Assembly (NCBI GenBank): GCA_003158295.1
Contig: PMIP01000043.1
Coordinates: forward strand, 230 to 64,229
Length of the DNA: 64,000 nucleotides
Direction of reading: 5' to 3'
Source of the DNA: Chloroflexota bacterium
GTDB lineage: Bacteria > Chloroflexota > Limnocylindria > Limnocylindrales > CSP1-4
Shown in pieces: positions 50,417 through 59,079 of the stretch. Each line of letters begins with the position of its first letter. Positions within the stretch are counted from its first letter, which is position 1. The notes beneath the pieces were generated by a model. The model saw only the letters and a program-made list of their open reading frames with translations, did not search any database and had not been told where the DNA came from. A program made the translations under genes and the position numbers.

Positions 50417-52120
50417 ATGAATGCGTCGCTGGCTGCGGCCGGCCACGCGCGCGCTGCGCTGGCAAGCGTGGTCCTTGGCGCCGCCAAGGCCCCCGGCCGG
50501 ATCGGGCGCGGCGAGTTGGGACTGCCCAAGCGGCAGGGTTTCAAGCCGAGCAATCCACGTCACTGGTCGATCCGTACTCGGCTGCTCAGCACCGCGGTCC
50601 TGCCGGTTGTTGCCGTTGCGGGCCTCGATCTGGCAGCCGGGCACCTGAACCCGCTGACGTTGGTGGTGCTCGTGCTGGCGGTACTCGTCGCCCTCAGCGT
50701 TTCTCGATCGGTGACGCGGCCGATCGAGATAGTCATCGAACAGGCCTCGCACGTCGCGGTGGGCGACCTCAGCCAGCATGACGTGGAGGATCTCTCCGGC
50801 CACGGGGAGCTCGGACGACTGGTCGAGGCATTCGCCGGCATTCGCCTGTACATGGAAGAACTGGCCGCACTGGCGGACCGTGTTGCGGCCGGCGATCTGA
50901 CCCGTGAGGTCACGACCCGGTCCGATCAGGACGGCCTGGCCCAAGCGTTCAGATACATGATTGCCCGGCTGCGGAAGATGATCACGGAGCTGGGCGACGC
51001 CGCAACCAGCGTGGCCGACTCGGCCGGCGAGGTCAACGAGGCCGCGACCCAGTCGGAGCTCAACTCGAGCCAGATCGCCCAGACGATCAACCAGGTTGCC
51101 GCGGGCGCGGCCGATCAGGCTCGCGCCTCGTCCGACACGAGTGCGGCCATGGTCGAACTGGGTCTCGTGATCGAGCAAGTCGGCTCCGGTGCCGCGATGA
51201 CGGCGGCAAGCGTCGAGGCCCAGGCCGACGCCATCAGCCAGATGGCCCAGGCGATTCGTGAGGCATCTACCGCGTCCGACGAGGTCAATTCCGCCGGGGT
51301 CGCTGCCGGGAAGGCAGCCGACAAGGGCGCTGCCACCGTCCGTGAGTCGGCCTCCGGCATGGCCCGAATCAAGAAAGCGGTCGAAACCGGCGCCAGCGTG
51401 GTGGCCGGCCTGGGCGCCATGGGTAGCCAGATCGGGGCAATGGTCCAGACGATCGACGAGATCGCCGACCAGACGAACCTGCTTGCCCTCAACGCGGCCA
51501 TCGAAGCGGCCCGCGCAGGAGAGCAGGGGAAGGGCTTCGCAGTCGTCGCGGACGAGGTGCGCAAGCTGGCCGAGCACTCGCGCGCCGCGACCAAGGAGAT
51601 CGCCACCCTCATCGCCCAGGTCCAGAAGGGCACGACCGAGGCCGTGGCCGCGATGCAGGTGGGTGCCAGAGAAGTCGAGGCCGGCTCGGTCCTGGCGGAG
51701 CGCTCGGCGGTCGTGCTCGAGGAGATCGCCCTGGCCGTGGCCGCGTCCAACGCTGCCGTGGCCCGAATCACAGGCGCCGTGGAAGCCATGGACGCCGCCT
51801 CTTCCAACGTGGTTTCCGCCTCGGACACCATCGCCGCAATCGCCCAGTCCACTAACGCGGCCGCGAGTTCCATGAACGCCAGTGCCTTCCGCGTCAACGA
51901 TGCCATCGAGTCGATTGCCGCGATCAGCGAGGAGAACTCCGCCTCGGCGGAGGAGGTCTCCTCGGCCACTCTCCAATTGAGCGAGCACGCCGTGGGCTTC
52001 GTGGCATCGGCCGGTAGCCTGAGAGACATGTCGGACAAGCTGCGGCGCCTCGTTGCCCGCTGGCGCGTCCCCGAGCGAGAAGAGACCGAGTCGGGCGAAC
52101 CGCGACGCAACGCGGCCTAG
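50417..52120 (+). CDS. Methyl-accepting chemotaxis protein (two TM helices, HAMP, no sizeable periplasmic domain)
   Basis: Signalling hairpin [43 protein letters not shown] lies 9 nt before ATG 50417, but the start is uncertain. Confidence 0.9.
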   Translation: MNASLAAAGHARAALASVVLGAAKAPGRIGRGELGLPKRQGFKPSNPRHWSIRTRLLSTAVLPVVAVAGLDLAAGHLNPLTLVVLVLAVLVALSVSRSVTRPIEIVIEQASHVAVGDLSQHDVEDLSGHGELGRLVEAFAGIRLYMEELAALADRVAAGDLTREVTTRSDQDGLAQAFRYMIARLRKMITELGDAATSVADSAGEVNEAATQSELNSSQIAQTINQVAAGAADQARASSDTSAAMVELGLVIEQVGSGAAMTAASVEAQADAISQMAQAIREASTASDEVNSAGVAAGKAADKGAATVRESASGMARIKKAVETGASVVAGLGAMGSQIGAMVQTIDEIADQTNLLALNAAIEAARAGEQGKGFAVVADEVRKLAEHSRAATKEIATLIAQVQKGTTEAVAAMQVGAREVEAGSVLAERSAVVLEEIALAVAASNAAVARITGAVEAMDAASSNVVSASDTIAAIAQSTNAAASSMNASAFRVNDAIESIAAISEENSASAEEVSSATLQLSEHAVGFVASAGSLRDMSDKLRRLVARWRVPEREETESGEPRRNAA

Positions 52121-52346
52121 ATTCAGCCGCATGCCGAGTGGCACGCCTCGAGCGCCGGTCGTCCGGCCAACGCCTGGAACGGGTCCGCGCCGCTCCGGCC
52201 GCGAGGTAATCTGAGACGTCGGCAACCCGCACCTACCGGAGAATGGCATAGGCTTCCTGAGGCGCCTCCTCGGAGGCGGTGAACCAGACACCAGTGCGGA
52301 GATTGAGCCGGAGGCCGCCGACGGGACCTCCTCCCGTGCGGAGGGC

Positions 52347-53150
52347 GTGTCGCCGGACGTACCGCTCGCGACTCCCACCGTCCCGCGGCGCGACGCGCCC
52401 GCGGCGTGCCCGTACTGTGCGACGGTGCTCGATCCCGCGCCCGATCGCGGGCGCCTCTGCCCGCGCTGCCGGCGACGGATCGTCGTCCGCCGGGTCGAGG
52501 GCAGGCGAGTGCTACTCACCGAGGAGGCGCTCGACGTCTTCGAGGCCGAGCGAGAGCGTGAGACACGGGAGAGCGAGTGGACCAGCGAGCGGCGTCGCTG
52601 GCTTGGACTGGCCAAGGGCGTCTCGGCCCCGGTCAACCGGGTTGCGCGGCTGGCCGCGGCGCCGCCATCGGACGCGGCCGTGGCGGCATCGAGGGACCTG
52701 TACCTCGCCGCCGCCGAGCGAGCCGTGCGAACGGCCCGGCGGGACAGGCGCTGGGGGGAGGTGGCGTCGATCAGGCGCCAGCAGGCGGCCGCCCTCTATC
52801 GCGCGTCCGGATCCCCCGTCCCGCCTCCCGACGAGATCGTGACGCTGCACCGTGCCTGGTCGGAGGCGGCACTGCGCTCGTTCGTCAGTGTCGGGGCACA
52901 GGTCGAGCTAGTCGCAAGCGGCTGCTGCGCTATCTGCGGGCGCGACAACGGGCGAGCCTTCCGCATCGCGGACGAGCTGCGGGCGCAGCGCCTTCCCCAC
53001 GAGGGCTGCCCGAAAGGTCTGTGCCCGTGCGACTGGTGGCCGCTGCCCGGTGCGGCGCCGCGCCGGCGACGCGCACGACGCCGAGCCCTGCCTGGCGCCG
53101 ACCCGGCGCCTGCGCCCGAGCCTGAACCGCGGCCCGGCGCTTCGACTTGA
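52347..53150 (+). CDS. Hypothetical Cys-rich protein (N-terminal zinc ribbon, C-terminal CxxC...H..C..C.C motif)
   Basis: 267 aa. CPYCATVL...CPRCRRRI at the N-terminus and GCCAICGRDNGRAF...LPHEGCPKGLCPCDWWP at the C-terminus. GTG start uncertain. Confidence 0.6.
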   Translation: MSPDVPLATPTVPRRDAPAACPYCATVLDPAPDRGRLCPRCRRRIVVRRVEGRRVLLTEEALDVFEAERERETRESEWTSERRRWLGLAKGVSAPVNRVARLAAAPPSDAAVAASRDLYLAAAERAVRTARRDRRWGEVASIRRQQAAALYRASGSPVPPPDEIVTLHRAWSEAALRSFVSVGAQVELVASGCCAICGRDNGRAFRIADELRAQRLPHEGCPKGLCPCDWWPLPGAAPRRRRARRRALPGADPAPAPEPEPRPGAST

Positions 53151-53187
53151 TCGGAGTGCGTGTCGCCCATCGGAACACGCACTCCGA
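53151..53187 (+). terminator. Stem-loop immediately after the 52347-53150 stop
   Basis: TCGGAGTGCGTGT-cgcccatcgga-ACACGCACTCCGA gives a perfect 13-bp stem, followed by TAT. Confidence 0.5.
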
Positions 53188-53290
53188 TATCCGGCGGTTG
53201 GCTCTTGACCGGCGCATAGTGCCCCCCGAACGGGTGGGCTAGATCGATCCGGAGAGGCCCGCGAATCGTCCGTCGCGCTCGGAGGCTCGG

Positions 53291-54712
53291 ATGTACCGTC
53301 GTGGCCGCTGGCTGGCCGTGATTGCGGCAGTGCTCTTCATCGCCGCGGTTGAGCTGCTGAGCGACTCGGTCCTGGACGCCGCGCTCCAGTTCCCCTTCGA
53401 CACCCTGCTGGTCGTGGCCGTTGTGTCGGTGGTGGCCGTGGCGGCCGCCTCGCTCGCCTTCAGGCAGATCGACAGGCTTGCTCGCGGCATCGAGGAACGC
53501 AACACGGAGCTGGAGGCGCGCAATGCCGCCTTGCGGGCCGTCTACGACGTCAGCCTGGCCGTCGCGGGGCAGACCGATCCGCGGCTGACGATCACCGGAA
53601 TCCTCGACCGCGCACGAGCGCTGCTGAAGACGGACGCCGCGCTCCTGGCCGTGGACGGTCCCGCAGGCGAGATTCGCCTGGTTGCCTCGAGCGCCGATCC
53701 GGGAGTCATGCTCGGCGACGAGCCGAGCGAACGTGGCGCCGGCAAGCCCGAGACCGACGGTCTCGACGGCTACCTAAAGCCCGGCTATCGAGTACGCGTT
53801 TCGGCCTCGGTGGTTCTCGGCGAGAAGCGCGTGGGGAGACTCGGCCTGGCCTCTCGGGAGCCTCGCCGCTTCTCCGCGGAAGAGGTGGCGACCGTGTCGG
53901 CCCTGGCCACCCAGGTCGGCCTGGCCCTGGAGGCCGCGCGACTCCAGGACGAGCTCCAGGCGCTGGCCGTGCAGGGCGAGCGGGAGCGGATCGCCCGCGA
54001 GATGCACGACGGCCTGGCCCAGGTCCTGGCCTACGTCAACACCAAGTCCCAGGCCGTCGACGAGATGCTCGCGGACGGCCGCGTTGCGGAAGCACGTCGG
54101 CAGCTGGGGGAACTGGCCGAGGCGGCACGATCGCTGTACGTCGACGTCCGCGAGGCGATCCTGAGCTTGTCGTCGCCCGTGCCGCCAGATCGAAGTCTCA
54201 CCGCGGCCCTGGAAGAGTACGGGGCGCTGTACGCGGAATCGTCCAAGCTGGCCGTCCGCTTCGAGGCCTCTCCGGAGGCGGCAGGCGCCCCCATCTCGGT
54301 CGCCGTGCAGGCGGAGGTCTTCTCGATTGCACGCGAAGCGCTCACCAACGTCCGGAAGCATGCCCGAGCCCAGCGGGTAGGCCTCTCGCTGTTGCGTCAG
54401 GGTCGCGAGGTCCTCCTGCGGATCGAGGACGACGGCGTCGGTTTCGACTCCGAGCTGCTGACCCGGGGGCCGGAGCGATGGCCTCACTTCGGCCTGGCCG
54501 GCATGCGGGAACGCGCCGAATCGGTCGGCGGAAACATCTCCTGGCAGAGCAGCCCCGGCGCGGGGACGGTAGTCGAGCTGCGCATTCCGGTAGGGGGCGC
54601 AACACTCGGGGCGCCACTCTTCGGTGTCGGCTCGCCCGACGAGACGGGGCGTTCCGCAGCGCAGCACCAGGCGGTCCGATCGCCCGCGGAGACGGTTTCG
54701 GAGGCAGACTGA
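53291..54712 (+). CDS. Sensor histidine kinase (2 TM, GAF, HisKA_3, HATPase_c)
   Basis: GGAGG lies 5 nt before the ATG. The H-box is REMHDGLAQ and there are NarX/DegS-type ATPase motifs (EALTNVRKHA, GGNISWQSSPGAGT). Confidence 0.9.
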   Translation: MYRRGRWLAVIAAVLFIAAVELLSDSVLDAALQFPFDTLLVVAVVSVVAVAAASLAFRQIDRLARGIEERNTELEARNAALRAVYDVSLAVAGQTDPRLTITGILDRARALLKTDAALLAVDGPAGEIRLVASSADPGVMLGDEPSERGAGKPETDGLDGYLKPGYRVRVSASVVLGEKRVGRLGLASREPRRFSAEEVATVSALATQVGLALEAARLQDELQALAVQGERERIAREMHDGLAQVLAYVNTKSQAVDEMLADGRVAEARRQLGELAEAARSLYVDVREAILSLSSPVPPDRSLTAALEEYGALYAESSKLAVRFEASPEAAGAPISVAVQAEVFSIAREALTNVRKHARAQRVGLSLLRQGREVLLRIEDDGVGFDSELLTRGPERWPHFGLAGMRERAESVGGNISWQSSPGAGTVVELRIPVGGATLGAPLFGVGSPDETGRSAAQHQAVRSPAETVSEAD

Positions 54713-54716
54713 GGAC

Positions 54717-55412
54717 ATGAGAACAGTGCTCGTCGACGACCACACCCTATTCCGCGACGGCGTGGCCTCGCTTCTTCTGGCCTGGGGTCACGAAGTTGTA
54801 GGCCAGGCGTCCGACGGCGCCCAGGCCATCGACCTCGTGGACGAGACGTCGCCGGACGTGGTCCTCATGGACGTTCGCATGCCCAACGTCTCGGGTCTCG
54901 AGGCGACGGCCCAGATCAAGGCCCGCCACCCCGAGGTCGCGATCGTCATGCTGACGGTGAGCGAGGACGAGGCCGACCTCTTCCGGGCAATCAAGGCCGG
55001 CGCCCAGGGCTATCTGCTCAAGAACCTCGAGGCCCCGCAGCTGCGCACCATGCTCGAGGGCGTGGCCAGAGGCGAGCCCGCCATCACCCCGGCAACGGCG
55101 GCCAGAATCATCGACGAGTTCCTGCGCACGCCGGGCGGCGGTAAGCAGGCCACGCAGCGACTGACCGAGCGCGAAGTGGAAGTGCTCCAGCTGGTCACCG
55201 CCGGGCAGCGCAACCGCGAGATCGCCGCGGAGCTCGGGATCAGCGAGAACACCGTGAAGTTCCACCTGAAGAACATCGTCGAGAAGCTGCACGCCCAGAA
55301 TCGAGCCGAGCTCGCGGCCAGGGCCGTGCGCGAAGGCCTGGTGCCCGATCTGCCGCGCGACCAGGCCCTCAACGAGCGGTTCCGTCGCGAGCCGCTGGCC
55401 AACCAGCGCTGA
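54717..55412 (+). CDS. NarL/FixJ-family response regulator
   Basis: MRTVLVDDH..., receiver Asp context VVLMDVRMP, LuxR HTH LTEREVEVLQLVTAGQRNREIAAELGISENTVKFHLKNI. ATG 54717 lies 4 nt after the kinase stop. Confidence 0.92.
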   Translation: MRTVLVDDHTLFRDGVASLLLAWGHEVVGQASDGAQAIDLVDETSPDVVLMDVRMPNVSGLEATAQIKARHPEVAIVMLTVSEDEADLFRAIKAGAQGYLLKNLEAPQLRTMLEGVARGEPAITPATAARIIDEFLRTPGGGKQATQRLTEREVEVLQLVTAGQRNREIAAELGISENTVKFHLKNIVEKLHAQNRAELAARAVREGLVPDLPRDQALNERFRREPLANQR

Positions 55413-55472
55413 TCCCGCCGCGCGCGCAGGTCGGCTTCGGCGCTGCGCCGCCTCAGATCGAGTAGCGGGGAA

Positions 55473-55490
55473 TACCCACCCGGGTGGGTA
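55473..55490. promoter_or_regulatory. Perfect 18-bp palindrome TACCCAC-CCGG-GTGGGTA (NarL-heptamer-like inverted repeat)
   Basis: It lies 60 nt after the response regulator stop and 86 nt before the oxidoreductase ATG. The half-sites fit the NarL-type TACYYMT heptamer. Confidence 0.5.
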
Positions 55491-55575
55491 GGCCAAGTCC
55501 GGCCCTCCGGCAGATGCACTCGCAGGCGACTGACGCCATCCTCGTGCCGAGCAACACACACGGCCGAGGCGTCCC

Positions 55576-57591
55576 ATGGGCTACCGAATACAGATCGAGA
55601 AGGGCAACTGCCTGAACTGCGGCGTCTGCATGGACGTCTGCCCGGTTCAGGCGCTGGACATGAGCCGGCCGCGACGGCCCGGAGTTGAGGGCGCCGGAGT
55701 CTTCGGCAAGCCGTTCGACTGGATGATGGAGTATCCGGTCCAGGTCGGGGAATGCATCGGCTGCGGCATCTGCGTTCGCGAGTGCCCCACCCATGTCGTG
55801 ATCCTCGACTCCGTGACCGGGCCGACCCCGCTCGCCGCCCGCCAGGGCCCGATCTCTCGCCCCGTGGAGCCGGCCCCGGCCTGGCAGGCCCTGGGCGACG
55901 TCACGCAAGAATCGCTGAAGCCGGTCCGCGTCTCGCCCTGGGGCGACCTCTTCTCGTGGCGGACCAGCGAGCGCCCGAACGACTGGCAGGTCTGGCGGTC
56001 GATGGTGACCGACGCTCGCCAGGATCCGATCGCGCCCTGCCAGGAAGCCTGTCCCGCCGGAACGGACGCCGGGCGGTATGTGGCCCTCGTCGGTCAGGGC
56101 AAGTACGACGAAGCGTATGCCGTGGCCGCGGAGGTCAACCCGTTCCCGTCGGTCTGCGGCTGGATCTGCACCGCCCCGTGCGAAACGGCCTGCCGGCGCG
56201 GGACACTGGACGAGCCCATCGCGATTCGGCGCCTCAAGCGATTCGCCGTCGAGGCCGGCAAGTTGCCCCCGGTTGCGCCCCCCACGAAGAAGCGCTCGGA
56301 GAAGGTCGCCATCGTCGGCGGCGGGCCGGCCGGAATGTCGGCCGCCTACTACCTGGCCCGCCTGGGCTACAACGTGACCGTCTTCGAGGCGATGCCCGTT
56401 CCGGGCGGGATGATGGCCATCGGCATCCCCGAGTACCGCCTTCCCCGAACCGTCCTGCGCGGAGAGATCGACCGAATCGTGGGCCTGGGCGTGGAGCTCA
56501 AGCTCGACTCTGCGATGGGCCGCGACTTCACTCTCGCCGATCTCGAAGCCCAGTACCAGGCCGTCTTCCTGGCGACCGGCGCCTCGCGCAGCCGCAAGCT
56601 CGGTGTTCCGGGCGACGACCTTCCGGGCGTGATGCCGGCCACGCTCTTCCTCAAGCAAGTCAACCTGGGCGAGAAGCCGGTCCTGCGCGGCGCGGTGGTG
56701 GTCGTCGGCGGCGGCAGCACGGCGATGGACGCGGCACGATCCGCGCTCCGCTCCGGTGCCTCTTCGGTCACCGTGCTGTACCGGCGCGGCAAAGACGAGA
56801 TGCCCGCCCAGTCGGAAGAGGTCGAGGCGGCCGAACACGAGGGCGTCCGCGTCCAATTCGAAGCCGCCGTCGTGGAAGTCGAAGGGTCCGCCAAGGGCAT
56901 CACCTGCGTGAAGTACGTCAGGCAGCGGCCGAGCGGTCGATTCGAGGGCGGACGGGCCGTGTACGAGCCGATCCCCGGCAGCGATCGCGAGATTGACGCC
57001 GCCGCGGTACTCGTGGCCGTCGGCGAGGAGCCCGATCCTTCGATCCTGCCCCCGGGCGCCGGAATCGAGACGAGCGGCTTCTCCGGCATCGTCGCGGACT
57101 CGGGCCAGGCGACCGGCCGCAAGGGCGTCTTCGCCGGCGGCGACGTCGTCTCCGGTGCCAAGACGATCATCCATGCCGTAGGTGCCGGCCGGCGGGCCGC
57201 CGGTTCGATCCACGAGTACCTGTCCGGAAGTCGCAACGGCGAGGCCGACATCATGGCCACGGTTCGCGTCCCCAAGAAGGCCGAGCCGGTGCTCACCGTC
57301 GATCTCGCCACGCGGCCTCGGGTCGGCATGGCGCTGCCCGAGTACCAGCCCGGGTCGTTCGCCGCCACGCAGCCCGGCCTGGAGCCGGCCGCGGCCAGGA
57401 ACGAGGCGGCTCGCTGCTTCCGCTGCGACGCGGTCTACCGCTGTGAACAGGTTCACGTCCAATCGGGCCGTGGTCCGAGAGACGGCCCGGAACACCGGCC
57501 GCCGATCGATGCATCACCTTCGCCACTCGTCTCGCCGCAGTCCGCCCCCTCGGCGGGCAACCCCGGCTCCACCTCAGGAGGTCGTGACTGA
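55576..57591 (+). CDS. 2x[4Fe-4S] ferredoxin domain fused to a GltD-like (glutamate synthase small-subunit family) NAD(P)H/FAD oxidoreductase
   Basis: CLNCGVCMDVCP and CIGCGICVRECP. The GltD Fe-S region is PCQEACPAGTD...CGWICTAPCETACRRG. There are two dinucleotide folds (VAIVGGGPAGMSAAYYLARLG; VVVVGGGSTAMDAA). Confidence 0.88.
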   Translation: MGYRIQIEKGNCLNCGVCMDVCPVQALDMSRPRRPGVEGAGVFGKPFDWMMEYPVQVGECIGCGICVRECPTHVVILDSVTGPTPLAARQGPISRPVEPAPAWQALGDVTQESLKPVRVSPWGDLFSWRTSERPNDWQVWRSMVTDARQDPIAPCQEACPAGTDAGRYVALVGQGKYDEAYAVAAEVNPFPSVCGWICTAPCETACRRGTLDEPIAIRRLKRFAVEAGKLPPVAPPTKKRSEKVAIVGGGPAGMSAAYYLARLGYNVTVFEAMPVPGGMMAIGIPEYRLPRTVLRGEIDRIVGLGVELKLDSAMGRDFTLADLEAQYQAVFLATGASRSRKLGVPGDDLPGVMPATLFLKQVNLGEKPVLRGAVVVVGGGSTAMDAARSALRSGASSVTVLYRRGKDEMPAQSEEVEAAEHEGVRVQFEAAVVEVEGSAKGITCVKYVRQRPSGRFEGGRAVYEPIPGSDREIDAAAVLVAVGEEPDPSILPPGAGIETSGFSGIVADSGQATGRKGVFAGGDVVSGAKTIIHAVGAGRRAAGSIHEYLSGSRNGEADIMATVRVPKKAEPVLTVDLATRPRVGMALPEYQPGSFAATQPGLEPAAARNEAARCFRCDAVYRCEQVHVQSGRGPRDGPEHRPPIDASPSPLVSPQSAPSAGNPGSTSGGRD

Positions 57592-58223
57592 TGGACTCTG
57601 CAGCGTTCGGCGCGGCCGAGCAATTCGTCGAAGGGACGATCGCCGCGGCGCTCGTAGCCCTGTGGCTTCTGGCGGTCGCCCTGCACCTGGCCCGGCCGTA
57701 CATGCTGGCCCTGACCCGCAAGTTCACACTGCGCCTCGGCGCCGACTTGTGGTGGACGATCTACGTCGGGATGCGGGACATCTTCCTGCTTCAGGTGTTC
57801 CTGGGCAGCTTCATCTTCTTCTACCCCGATGTCGTGGGCAAAAACGACCTCCCGATCACCGGTGGCCTGGCGGCCGCCTGCGCCTTCGCCGTCTTGCTGC
57901 TCAAGCTGATGACTCGCGCCGACGCGGACGCTCGAAGCTTTCAGTTGCAGACCTTCCTGATCGCCCTGGGGGCCGGCCTCTACCTGGTGCCCTACTTCCT
58001 GGGCGTCCAGATGACGATGGTCGGGAACAGCATCTCGAACCAGCTGGCGGCCGTGCTCGTCAGCTCGCAGAACCCGACGATCGCGCTGGCTCTGGTCTAC
58101 GTCTCGCAGGCGCTCGTCGGCGCCATGGGTCTGGTGGCAGTCATCTACAACCTTCGGATCGCCTCGCCCGCACCGGCGAAGGCCGACGCGAGCGCGGCCG
58201 GCCAGCCCGCGGCGCAGAGCTAG
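57591..58223 (+). CDS. Membrane protein, unknown family (paralog A)
   Basis: 210 aa with ~5 TM helices. The ATG overlaps the oxidoreductase TGA by 1 nt (TGATG), and AGGAGG lies upstream. It is clearly homologous to the next ORF. Confidence 0.75.
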   Translation: MDSAAFGAAEQFVEGTIAAALVALWLLAVALHLARPYMLALTRKFTLRLGADLWWTIYVGMRDIFLLQVFLGSFIFFYPDVVGKNDLPITGGLAAACAFAVLLLKLMTRADADARSFQLQTFLIALGAGLYLVPYFLGVQMTMVGNSISNQLAAVLVSSQNPTIALALVYVSQALVGAMGLVAVIYNLRIASPAPAKADASAAGQPAAQS

Positions 58224-58235
58224 GAGAGACCGACC

Positions 58236-58865
58236 ATGAACGACCAGCAAGCTCTCGTCCAGGGTTCGCAGTACTGGATGCTCCTCTCGGTGGCCGCGGT
58301 GCTGCCCATCCTGTGGTCCTTCACCCTGGCTCTGCATTTCGCCAGGCCCTACATCCTCCGCTACCTCCAGGGGCTGACCCTACGGTTCGGCGGGGACGTG
58401 TGGTGGCTCAGCTACATCCTCATCCGCGACGGGCTCCTGGTGGTCACCTTCGCCCTGAGCGTGATCTTCCTCTTCCCCAACGTGTACATGAGTGCCGACC
58501 TCGGAGTCCCGATCACGGCCCCGCTCGCGGCACTGGTTCTCTTCTGGGCTCTCCTGGCCAAGCTGACCGGCGACTCGGACGACGACCCGCGGACCTTCCG
58601 AATCGTGTCGGTCCTGCTCGTTTTCGCCTCGATGCTGTACATCATTCCGCAGATCTACGGCGTCGAAGCCGCCGACCAGGTAGACGCCTGGAACTCGGTC
58701 TCGACCAGTCTGGGCGGGATCCCCGCCGCACTGGTTAGCGGCGGCAACCCGGACGTCTCCTACCCGATCCTGAATCTCAGCCTGCTTGGCTTCGCGGCCA
58801 CAGGTGCCATTGTCTTCCTGTGGTTCCTCCGCAAGTCGAAGTTCGAGCCGGCCGAGGTCGCCTAG
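58236..58865 (+). CDS. Membrane protein, unknown family (paralog B)
   Basis: 209 aa. LALHFARPYILRYLQGLTLRFGGDVWWLSYILIRD aligns with LALHLARPYMLALTRKFTLRLGADLWWTIYVGMRD of paralog A. The gap between the two genes is 12 nt. Confidence 0.75.
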   Translation: MNDQQALVQGSQYWMLLSVAAVLPILWSFTLALHFARPYILRYLQGLTLRFGGDVWWLSYILIRDGLLVVTFALSVIFLFPNVYMSADLGVPITAPLAALVLFWALLAKLTGDSDDDPRTFRIVSVLLVFASMLYIIPQIYGVEAADQVDAWNSVSTSLGGIPAALVSGGNPDVSYPILNLSLLGFAATGAIVFLWFLRKSKFEPAEVA

Positions 58866-58916
58866 CCCGAACCTCCGGCCCGCGGCGCCCCACGCGCGAG
58901 CCGAGCCGCTGCAAAC

Positions 58917-58946
58917 AAGGACCGTCGCTCTCGAGCGGCGGTCCTT
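58917..58946 (+). terminator. GC-rich stem-loop downstream of the membrane-paralog operon
   Basis: AAGGACCGTCGCT-CTCG-AGCGGCGGTCCTT gives a 13-bp stem with one G-U pair. There is no U-tract. Confidence 0.4.
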
Positions 58947-59079
58947 CTGCGACATGGGAGTGGCTCGCCAGGCGGTGCATCGCGAGCCAGCCGCTCGTTT
59001 GCCGCGCAACGAGGCCATGATCGGACATGTCGAGCGCCTCGAAGCGTTCACTCGACAGCAGTCCGACGAGGTTTCTCGA

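Noticed and set aside
50174-52636. 820-aa minus-strand ORF covering the MCP locus
   Set aside because: The composition is Arg/Gly-rich. The plus-strand frame contains the canonical MCP signalling hairpin, so this is a GC-driven shadow ORF.
55453-57495. 680-aa minus-strand ORF opposite the ferredoxin-GltD gene
   Set aside because: It is a shadow ORF. The plus strand has Fe-S cluster and dinucleotide-binding motifs in the correct order, while the minus frame has none.
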